NCBI GenBank assembly: GCA_963760915.1
Contig: CAVXEU010000003.1
Coordinates: 266,370-330,369 of the forward strand
Reading direction: 5' to 3'
DNA from: an uncultured Bacteroidales bacterium
GTDB taxonomy: Bacteria; Bacteroidota; Bacteroidia; Bacteroidales; VadinHA17
Length of the DNA stretch: 64,000 nucleotides
In this document: positions 26,824 through 34,638 of the stretch, piece by piece
How positions within the stretch are numbered: the stretch's first letter is position 1
Layout: each line of letters opens with the position of its first letter
Position numbers and translations under genes: made by a program
The notes under the pieces: model-generated
Seen by the model: the letters and a program-made list of their open reading frames with translations, nothing else
Database searches by the model: none
Told to the model about the DNA's origin: nothing

Positions 26824-29226
26824 ATGAAACTATTGCGATATACACTCCTGAATTACATGTTGTTACTGACACTGGTCTCCAGTGGTCAGAACGATCCTGT
26901 CGTTGACAGAATAATAAATCTGGGCATTTCAGACAACAGAGTCATGGAACATGCGGATTTTCTCACAAACAGGTTTGGTGATCGTCTCACAGGCTCTGAC
27001 AATTATTACAGCGCTTGCCTGTGGGCTGTAAATACTATGCGGTCGTGGGGAATGATGGCTGAAATGCAGGAAGCCGGCGAAATGCCTGTTGGTTTTAACA
27101 GGGGACCCTGGTTCGGGAAAATGGTGACTCCTAAGGAGTTGACCCTTGATTTTTGTACTCCGGCATATACAGCCGGGACAAAAGGACGACAGAAAGGTCG
27201 TGTTGTTGTCGCACCGGAGTCAGTCGGGGAGTTCTGGAGCATAAAGGACAGTATTAAAGGTGCCTGGATACTTATTGACGGATTAAATACAGGCTGGTCA
27301 CGCGATCGCGGAGGTGAATCCGAACTTACCAGACTGATAAGGGAAGCAGGAGCATTGGGAACAATACAACAATCAGCCTTCCCTATAAGGGTATTGTATC
27401 ATAAAGTTGATTCGTGGGAGAATCTTCCGACACTGCCTGATATCAAACTTCTTGACAAGCAGTATAATGAGATAAAAGAACTTGTTTTAAAAGGAGAAAA
27501 AGTTGAGCTGGAATTCGATATCAGGAACTATTTCAGGCCCGGACCGGTAATATATCATAATGTGATAGGTTGGATACCAGGAACAGAGTTTCCGGATGAG
27601 TATGTAATACTTGGTGGTCACCTTGATGGTCTGGCCGGAGCAACTGCAGCTGTTGACAATGCCTCAGGTGCATCTCCGGCAATGGAAGCTGCCAGACTGA
27701 TCCTTGCCGCAGGCGGTAAGCCGAAACGTACAATTATGGTACAATTGTGGGCAGCAGAAGAGTTTGGTTTGCTTGGTTCAACTGCCTGGGTAAGACAAAA
27801 TCCTGATAAGCTTCCGCGAATATCTGCAGTTTTTAATCGTGATGGCGGAACCAACTGTATATCAGGGATTAGTGTCCCTAAAGCAATGATGGTTGATTTC
27901 CAGTATGTTGTGAAGCCAATACTTGGAATTAATCCTGAATATCCGTTTGAGCTAACTGAAAGTTCAAGACCAATAAGAAAAGGTGGGAGAGGAGGAACTG
28001 ATACATTTTCATTTTTGCAGAAAGATGTTCCTGCTTTCGGATACAGAACAAAGGGAGAACAACAGTATGGACGTACCTGGCATACTACTCTGGATACCTA
28101 TGATGAGATTATCCCTGCTTACCAGGAATATTCTTCACTTGTTACTGCAGTTGTAGCCTATGGAATAGCAAATCTTGATCATCTTCTGTCGAGGGAAGGA
28201 ACTTTTATGCCGGATGGTATTTATGCTGATTTTGCCACAAATAAGGGCAGGTTTTCAGTGAAGCTTGATTATAAAAAAGCTCCAATGACTGTGGCCAATT
28301 TTATCGGACTTGCCGAAGGGACAATAACAAATGCATCTTACCCTGCCGGGATTCCATTTTATAATGGTTCTATCTGGCACCGGGTTGTTAAGGGACACGT
28401 GATACAGGGTGGAGAACCTGCAACAGTAAAGGACCCGGCAAATTCGGAGGTCAACTCAACCGGTTATGAGATCCCCAATGAGATAACAGACCTGAGTCAT
28501 AAAAAGGCAGGAATGATAGGGATGGCAAACTCCGGTCCTAACACCAATACCTGCCAGTATTATATAACCCTCGGAGACAGATCATACCTTGATGGTAATT
28601 ATACTCTCTTCGGAGAGGTTGTTGATGGAATGGATATTGTGAATAAAATCGTTCAGGGAGATACAACATACTCTGTAACAATAGTGCGGGCAGGACCTGA
28701 TGCCGAAAAATTCATTGTAAATGATGACAATTTTAAAAGGCTTACCGACAGGCAGTGGAGAAAAGTAAATTATGAGAAAGAGCTGAAGAATGCCGGTGAT
28801 GAGAAATTTATTGCTGAAAACTACCCTGGTCTGACCATAATGCCTGATGGGCTGAGATATAAAGTGCTGGTTCAGGGAAAAGGAAATCCACCGGATGAAG
28901 GATCCGTGATGAATGTTATGTACAGTGGCAGGCTTGTAAACGGATTGAGTTTTGTAAGTTCTGCTGACGACGGGAAACCGGTACCCGGTTCAAGACCTGT
29001 TACATTTACTCATGCTTTGGGTAAGGAAGGATTGATCAGAGGATTGAATGAGTCGTTGAAAGATATGAAGACCGGAGAAAAGAGAGTTCTTATTATCCCA
29101 CCGGACCTTGCATATGGGATAAACAGCGGGTTCTATGGCAAAGAGATTGCCGGCCAGAGACGTTTTGTAATCTCACCGGGTGAAACTCTTATACTTGAGG
29201 TTTCCCTTATTAAGTATACTCATTGA
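26824..29226 (+). CDS. Tri-domain secreted protein: M28 aminopeptidase + cyclophilin-type PPIase + FKBP-type PPIase
   Basis: The M28 domain shows GGHLDG, VDNASG, AAEEFGLLGS and WHTTLDTYD. The cyclophilin domain starts at about nt 28215 with FYNGSIWHRVVKGHVIQGGEP, GMANSGPNTNTCQYYITL and LDGNYTLFGEVVDGMDIV. The FKBP domain starts at about nt 28850 with GLRYKVLVQGKG...VMYSGRLVNG and GEKRVLIIPPDLAYG. Confidence 0.8.
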   Translation: MKLLRYTLLNYMLLLTLVSSGQNDPVVDRIINLGISDNRVMEHADFLTNRFGDRLTGSDNYYSACLWAVNTMRSWGMMAEMQEAGEMPVGFNRGPWFGKMVTPKELTLDFCTPAYTAGTKGRQKGRVVVAPESVGEFWSIKDSIKGAWILIDGLNTGWSRDRGGESELTRLIREAGALGTIQQSAFPIRVLYHKVDSWENLPTLPDIKLLDKQYNEIKELVLKGEKVELEFDIRNYFRPGPVIYHNVIGWIPGTEFPDEYVILGGHLDGLAGATAAVDNASGASPAMEAARLILAAGGKPKRTIMVQLWAAEEFGLLGSTAWVRQNPDKLPRISAVFNRDGGTNCISGISVPKAMMVDFQYVVKPILGINPEYPFELTESSRPIRKGGRGGTDTFSFLQKDVPAFGYRTKGEQQYGRTWHTTLDTYDEIIPAYQEYSSLVTAVVAYGIANLDHLLSREGTFMPDGIYADFATNKGRFSVKLDYKKAPMTVANFIGLAEGTITNASYPAGIPFYNGSIWHRVVKGHVIQGGEPATVKDPANSEVNSTGYEIPNEITDLSHKKAGMIGMANSGPNTNTCQYYITLGDRSYLDGNYTLFGEVVDGMDIVNKIVQGDTTYSVTIVRAGPDAEKFIVNDDNFKRLTDRQWRKVNYEKELKNAGDEKFIAENYPGLTIMPDGLRYKVLVQGKGNPPDEGSVMNVMYSGRLVNGLSFVSSADDGKPVPGSRPVTFTHALGKEGLIRGLNESLKDMKTGEKRVLIIPPDLAYGINSGFYGKEIAGQRRFVISPGETLILEVSLIKYTH

Positions 29227-29453
29227 AATTATTAAGTAATATTTGTTTTTTTACTGTCAGGATTAAGTAATTATAACCAGTGCAGTGCTAATATGAGTAA
29301 TTGTTCTTAATTTTATTAATCAAGGTACAGGGAGTAAATTTTTGTTTATTATATTGCCGCACGAAAAAATATTTACAGCAGTTTTTCCAAAAAAGCACAT
29401 TTAACTTTAAATTCGATATTTTGAATATTTAACATAAACATCGGACCGCAAGA

Positions 29454-29747
29454 ATCAAATAGCGATCTGCGGTTATCAAATAACGACCTGCGATTATAAA
29501 GTAACGACCTGCGATTATCAAATAACGACCTGCGATTATCAAATAGCGAACTGCGATTATCAAATAACGAACTGCGATTATCAAATAACGAACTGCGATT
29601 ATAAAGTAACGACCTGCGATTATAAAGTAACGACCTGCGATTATCAAATAACGACCTGCGATTATCAAATAACGAACTGCGAGTATAAAATAACGAACTG
29701 CGAGTATCAAATAGCGAACTGCAAGTATCAAATAACGATCCGCGAGT
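29454..29747. repeat. Tandem array of 14 complete 21-bp units (consensus ATCAAATAACGACCTGCGATT), with degenerate partial units at both ends
   Basis: I counted the units directly. They start at 29454, 29475, 29496 ... 29727 with an exact 21-bp period. Variants include ATAAAGTAACGACCTGCGATT (units 3, 8, 9) and ...CGAACTGCGA[T/G]T. There are no spacers. Confidence 0.95.
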
Positions 29748-29757
29748 ATAAAACATT

Positions 29758-29778
29758 AAACTTCAAACTTCAAACTTC
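29758..29778. repeat. (AAACTTC)x3 heptamer repeat ending 6 nt before the pntA start codon
   Basis: The sequence aaacttcaaacttcaaacttc is followed by aaaaat and then the ATG at 29785. Confidence 0.85.
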
Positions 29779-29784
29779 AAAAAT

Positions 29785-30915
29785 ATGATTATAGGCATCC
29801 TCAATGAAACCGGAACTGAAAACAGGGTAGCTTTACTTCCTGCTGAAGTTGCCATATTGAAAAAGATGAATGTAGAGGTATTAGTCGAGCTTCATGCCGG
29901 AGAGCGCGCTTATGCGACTGACAGGAATTTCCAGGAAGCTGGAGCCACAATGGCGGAGCGAAAAGAGATTATTTCCAAAGCCGCACTGTTGCTATCGGTC
30001 AATCCTCCTCTGGAAGATGATCTGGATTCCTTCAGGGAGGGGCAGGTGCTTTGCTCGGTTCTTAATCCGGTCGAAAACAGCAGCTGGCTCGAGAAAGCCC
30101 GTTTGAAAGGGTTGACTGTTCTGGCCCTGGACCTTGTCCCGAGAACGACCCGGGCTCAGTCTATGGATATCCTTTCATCAATGGCTACTGTTTCAGGTTA
30201 CAAAGCTGTTCTTGAAGCAGCTGCATTATTGCCAAGATTTTTTCCGATGTTCATGTCGGCTGCAGGAACAATAAAACCTGCCAAAGTACTCATTTTAGGC
30301 GCAGGTGTGGCAGGGCTTCAGGCAATTGCAATTGCACGGAAACTTGGTGCCGTGGTTGAGGTATTTGATGTAAGGTCAGCTGTGAAAGAAGAAGTTAAAA
30401 GTCTGGGTGGAAAATTTATCGAAGTTGAAGGTGCCAAAGAAGATGCTGCAGCAGGAGGATATGCTGTGGAACAGACCGAAGATTTCAAAAAGAAACAACA
30501 GGAGCTTATCCAGCAGCGTTCCATTGCCGCTGATGTTGTTATTGCAACAGCTCAGATCCCGGGTAGAAAGGCCCCGGTGTTGCTTCTGAAAGAAACTGTC
30601 GGCTTAATGAAGCCCGGCTCTGTAATTGTTGATCTGGCTGCATCAACCGGAGGTAACTGTGAACTTACCGAAAACGGAAAGAATATAGTTGTAAATGGTG
30701 TTCATATTATCGGAAAATCCGATTTTCCTTCTGATATGCCTACCGATGCCAGCAAGATGTTCGGTTGTAATATTATAAATCTGCTCAAGATCATGGTTGA
30801 TAAAGATGGCAACCTTGTTCTTAACATGCAGGATGACATCATAAATGGCACTACCGCTATTCATAATAAAGAATATATAAGTAACAGAATAAAACAAATG
30901 CTGAATATAAAATAA
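29785..30915 (+). CDS. pntA: NAD(P) transhydrogenase subunit alpha part 1 (dI, alanine-dehydrogenase-like)
   Basis: The ORF has a GAGVAGLQAIAIARKLGA Rossmann motif. The overall PntAA layout is followed by the alpha-2 and beta genes. Confidence 0.9.
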   Translation: MIIGILNETGTENRVALLPAEVAILKKMNVEVLVELHAGERAYATDRNFQEAGATMAERKEIISKAALLLSVNPPLEDDLDSFREGQVLCSVLNPVENSSWLEKARLKGLTVLALDLVPRTTRAQSMDILSSMATVSGYKAVLEAAALLPRFFPMFMSAAGTIKPAKVLILGAGVAGLQAIAIARKLGAVVEVFDVRSAVKEEVKSLGGKFIEVEGAKEDAAAGGYAVEQTEDFKKKQQELIQQRSIAADVVIATAQIPGRKAPVLLLKETVGLMKPGSVIVDLAASTGGNCELTENGKNIVVNGVHIIGKSDFPSDMPTDASKMFGCNIINLLKIMVDKDGNLVLNMQDDIINGTTAIHNKEYISNRIKQMLNIK

Positions 30916-30923
30916 TAAATATC

Positions 30924-31226
30924 ATGGAAAATATATTAGGATTTTTCTTAGCACACAGGGAGGCAATTTTTATTGTTATTCTTTCAATATTTCTGGGTAT
31001 TGAAGTTATTAGCCATGTACCTGCAATTCTTCACACACCTCTCATGTCAGGTGCAAATGCTATTCATGGTGTAGTAATAATAGGTGCTATAATAGTAATG
31101 GGCCATGCTGAAACAACAGGAGCCCTGATACTTGGGTTCCTTGCAGTAGTTCTTGGTACACTTAACGTTGTAGGTGGTTTCGTAGTCACCGACAGAATGC
31201 TTGAAATGTTTAAAAAGAAAAAGTAA
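30924..31226 (+). CDS. NAD(P) transhydrogenase subunit alpha part 2 (membrane dII segment)
   Basis: The 100-aa hydrophobic ORF lies between pntA part 1 and pntB, the classical split-alpha arrangement. Confidence 0.85.
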   Translation: MENILGFFLAHREAIFIVILSIFLGIEVISHVPAILHTPLMSGANAIHGVVIIGAIIVMGHAETTGALILGFLAVVLGTLNVVGGFVVTDRMLEMFKKKK

Positions 31227-31260
31227 TTAACCTGTGCAACAGACATAATAGATCAACCGT

Positions 31261-32697
31261 ATGAACCAATTAGCTCAATTAAATACAGGACTCTCGATAC
31301 TTGAGATTACTTATATATTAGCATCTGTACTTTTTATTTTAGGATTGAAGATGTTAAGTCATCCGCTGACAGCGCGTCGTGGTAATTCCCTTGCAGCTGT
31401 AGGCATGGTACTTGCAATAATAGTAACTATACTGTTTCACCATAAAGACGGTAAGCCAATTGGTAATATCGGACTTATCCTTATCGCTATTGCAATTGGT
31501 TCGGCAATTGGCTGGATTATAGCCAAAAGGGTAAAAATGACCGCTATGCCCCAGCTGGTTTCATTCTTTAATGGTATGGGAGGTGCGGCTGCTGCTCTGA
31601 TTTCCATGATGGAATTCCCGCATGTAAGTCCGGAGCTTATAGCAAAAAGCGGTATGGCAAACGGGCATGTTCTTGCAATTCTTCTGGGATTAATGATAGG
31701 TACGGTCTCCTGGGCAGGCAGTATGATTGCCTTCGGAAAGCTTGACGGAAGGATAGGTGATATGCGTATTAAAGCTATGAAATATGTCAATCTTACAATA
31801 CTGGCTGCTCTTATCGGATTCATAATTTATATAATGACCCGGAATGTCCAGGCAAGCAGCGAACTTACACCTCTGATCTATATAATGTTCTTTGTCTCGG
31901 TTATTTATGGAGTATTGTTTGTCATGCCTATCGGAGGTGCCGACATGCCTGTTGTTATATCATTACTTAACTCATTTACAGGTGTAGCTGCTGCAATGGG
32001 CGGGTTCCTCTATAATAACCAGGCAATGCTTACAGGAGGGATTCTTGTCGGTTCAGCCGGAACAATACTCACCATTCTGATGTGCAAGGCGATGAACCGC
32101 TCCTTACTGAACGTAATTATCGGAGTATATGGTGGTGGTGGTAAGGAGAATGTTTCAGAAGGCGGCACCGTAAAAGAGATATCAATTACAGATGCTGCAG
32201 TAATTCTCAGCTATTCAAAAAAAGTTGTAATAGTTCCGGGTTATGGGCTTGCAGTTGCTCAGGCACAGCACATATGTCATGAGCTTGATAAGCTTCTTGA
32301 AGAAAAAGGTGTTGAAGTTAAATATGCAATACATCCGGTGGCAGGACGTATGCCCGGACACATGAATGTTCTTCTGGCTGAAGCGGATGTCCCTTATGAG
32401 CAGCTTATTGAGAGTGATGAGATTAATCCGGATCTTCCGAATACTGATGTTCTGGTTGTGATTGGGGCAAACGATGTTGTAAATCCTGCGGCTGAGGATG
32501 ATCCTTCCAGTCCTATTTATGGAATGCCAATAATCAAAGCCCGTGATGCTAAAAATATTATAGTAATGAAACGTGGCATGGGTAAAGGTTATGCTGCTAT
32601 CGAGAACATGCTCTTCTTTAATGACAAAACGAGAATGTTGTTTGGTGATGCAAAAAGCACTCTTCAAAATCTTGTTAATGAGGTAAAAAGCTTATGA
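31261..32697 (+). CDS. pntB: NAD(P) transhydrogenase subunit beta
   Basis: The N-terminal half is polytopic. The C-terminal dIII domain shows VIVPGYGLAVAQAQH...HPVAGRMPGHMNVLLAEA...GANDVVNP. Confidence 0.9.
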   Translation: MNQLAQLNTGLSILEITYILASVLFILGLKMLSHPLTARRGNSLAAVGMVLAIIVTILFHHKDGKPIGNIGLILIAIAIGSAIGWIIAKRVKMTAMPQLVSFFNGMGGAAAALISMMEFPHVSPELIAKSGMANGHVLAILLGLMIGTVSWAGSMIAFGKLDGRIGDMRIKAMKYVNLTILAALIGFIIYIMTRNVQASSELTPLIYIMFFVSVIYGVLFVMPIGGADMPVVISLLNSFTGVAAAMGGFLYNNQAMLTGGILVGSAGTILTILMCKAMNRSLLNVIIGVYGGGGKENVSEGGTVKEISITDAAVILSYSKKVVIVPGYGLAVAQAQHICHELDKLLEEKGVEVKYAIHPVAGRMPGHMNVLLAEADVPYEQLIESDEINPDLPNTDVLVVIGANDVVNPAAEDDPSSPIYGMPIIKARDAKNIIVMKRGMGKGYAAIENMLFFNDKTRMLFGDAKSTLQNLVNEVKSL

Positions 32698-34484
32698 CCC
32701 CTTTTGCTGAAAGGTTGTCTCTTCTCCGGGTTGCTCTGAAAGAGAACGGTATCGGTTATTATATGATTCCATCTTCCGATCCCCATCTTGGAGAATATGT
32801 TCCTGATCACTGGCGAATTGTGGCCTGGTTGACAGGATTTACCGGATCAGCTGCAACATTAATCATATCTGATTCATTTGCAGGGCTATGGACAGACTCC
32901 AGATATTTTGTTCAAGCCGAAAATCAATTAGAAGGTTCAGGATTTGATCTTATGAAATCTGTACAACCGGACCGGTTGGACTATATTAACTGGCTTGCTG
33001 ATAACGTTAAAACCGGCAGTAAAACAGGCCTGGATGGAAAGACCTTCTCTATAGGATTAATGAGAAGAATCGAAAAATGTCTTGAGGGTAAAAATATTAC
33101 TATTGATAGTAATTGCGATCTGATATCAGAGATATGGACTGATCGTCCTCCTATGCCTGTATCAGTTGCATTTGACCATCCTGTATCATTTTGCGGAAAA
33201 GGAAGGGATGAAAAGATCAAAGAGGTAAGAGATAGAATGAAAAGAGACAACCTGAAGTGGCACCTGCTTACCTCTGTTGACGATATCATGTGGCTGCTTA
33301 ATATAAGGGGATATGATATTAAATACAGCCCTGTGATAATATCTTTTGCCATAATAGGTGAAGAACAAATTCTTCTATTCACAGACGAAGCTAAAATTCC
33401 ACTCAGACTGGCCTCGGATTTTGATAAATCTGGTATTGTAATTTTGCCTTATGAAGAAGCTGCCGGTATGCTGTCTACTCTTTCTGCGGCTTCCACCATT
33501 CTGATAACAACGGAAACCACATCGGTAAGTCTCTTTTCTGCTATACCCGATGGAATGAAAATAAAGGAAGATATCAGCATCCCTACACACCTGAAGGCAA
33601 TTAAGAACAGTATTGAAATTGAGAACATCAGAAAAGCAATGATAAAGGATGGAGTTGCACTGACAAAGCTTTTCTACTGGATTGAAAATAATGCAGGGTC
33701 TGTACCTATGTCAGAACTTTCTCTTTCTGAAAAACTGAATGGACTGAAATCCGGACTGGAAAACTACATTGGGCCAAGTTTTCAGACAATAATCGGATAT
33801 AATGATCACGCTGCATTACCTCATTATATACCTACAAAAGAAACTGATTGTGTTATCGGACAGACTGGCATCTTACTTATTGATTCCGGTGGTCAGTATC
33901 TTGATGGAACTACTGACATTACCCGGACTATTGCCCTTGGTGTGCCAACAGCGATGCAAAAAAAGGATTTTACTTTAGTACTCAGGGGAACAATTAATCT
34001 TGCAATGGCAAAGTTCCCGTATGGAACCAGAGGTTATCAGCTTGATTTGCTGGCTCGCAGGGCCTTGTGGGAGTGTGGAATGAACTACGGTCATGGTACC
34101 GGACATGGTGTGGGTTTCTGTCTGAATGTTCACGAAGGTCCCCAGAATATCAGCCAGTCTGCCTCTTCCGGGTCAAAAACGAATATTGAACCGGGTATGC
34201 TTATTTCTGACGAGCCGGGTATTTACAGGGTGGGTGAGTATGGAATCAGGACAGAAAACCTGATACTAGGTTATGAGGATGAGGAGACCGAATTCGGTAA
34301 ATTCCTGAAATTCGATACGGTATCTCTATGTTATATTGATAAGTCTCTTATTGATGTCACTTTACTTGAGCAGGGAGAGATCGACTGGCTTAATGCCTAT
34401 CATTCTGAAGTATACGATAAGCTAAGTCCCTATTTAACCGATGCTGAAAAGATATGGTTAGAAGAAAAGACAGAAGTGCTGTGA
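32694..34484 (+). CDS. Xaa-Pro aminopeptidase (aminopeptidase P family, M24B, long form with creatinase-like N-domains)
   Basis: The ORF contains DSGGQYLDGTTDITRT, HGTGHGVG, EPGIY and TENL, the M24B metal-ligand context. Its start ATG overlaps the pntB stop (ATGA at 32694-32697). Confidence 0.85.
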   Translation: MTPFAERLSLLRVALKENGIGYYMIPSSDPHLGEYVPDHWRIVAWLTGFTGSAATLIISDSFAGLWTDSRYFVQAENQLEGSGFDLMKSVQPDRLDYINWLADNVKTGSKTGLDGKTFSIGLMRRIEKCLEGKNITIDSNCDLISEIWTDRPPMPVSVAFDHPVSFCGKGRDEKIKEVRDRMKRDNLKWHLLTSVDDIMWLLNIRGYDIKYSPVIISFAIIGEEQILLFTDEAKIPLRLASDFDKSGIVILPYEEAAGMLSTLSAASTILITTETTSVSLFSAIPDGMKIKEDISIPTHLKAIKNSIEIENIRKAMIKDGVALTKLFYWIENNAGSVPMSELSLSEKLNGLKSGLENYIGPSFQTIIGYNDHAALPHYIPTKETDCVIGQTGILLIDSGGQYLDGTTDITRTIALGVPTAMQKKDFTLVLRGTINLAMAKFPYGTRGYQLDLLARRALWECGMNYGHGTGHGVGFCLNVHEGPQNISQSASSGSKTNIEPGMLISDEPGIYRVGEYGIRTENLILGYEDEETEFGKFLKFDTVSLCYIDKSLIDVTLLEQGEIDWLNAYHSEVYDKLSPYLTDAEKIWLEEKTEVL

Positions 34485-34520
34485 TACAACAATTTTACTT
34501 TTTTATGAGATCTTTTTGTT

Positions 34521-34638
34521 ACACGGAGATACACTGAGAAGCACAGAGGAGTTTGAAGAATAATCACATATTTCTCTGTGGTTCTTTGCGATCACGATAA
34601 TTATCGGGACTCTGTGACCCTCTGTGATCCCGATATTT
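34521..34638. repeat. REP-like CACAGAG/CTCTGTG-rich palindromic element(s)
   Basis: ACACGGAGATACACTGAGAAGCACAGAGG faces CTCTGTGGTTCTTTGCGATCACG. Next comes the hairpin TATCGGGA-ctctgtgaccctctgtga-TCCCGATA (34602-34635). A near-identical unit, ATCGGGACTCTGTGTCCCTCTGTG, recurs at 36274-36297 on the far side of the IS. Confidence 0.5.

Noticed and set aside
29454-29747. Possible CRISPR array.
   Set aside because: The repeats are contiguous with no spacers, the unit is only 21 bp, no cas genes are present and there is no leader. It is not a CRISPR.
29373-29756. Two minus-strand ORFs (127 aa and 100 aa) with RSLFDN / RYLII heptad repeats.
   Set aside because: They exist only because a 21-bp (7-codon) DNA repeat lacking stop triplets is open in several frames at once. 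Two frames are open simultaneously, the composition is low in complexity, and there is no plausible start context. I treat the region as a DNA or RNA-level repeat, not a protein.
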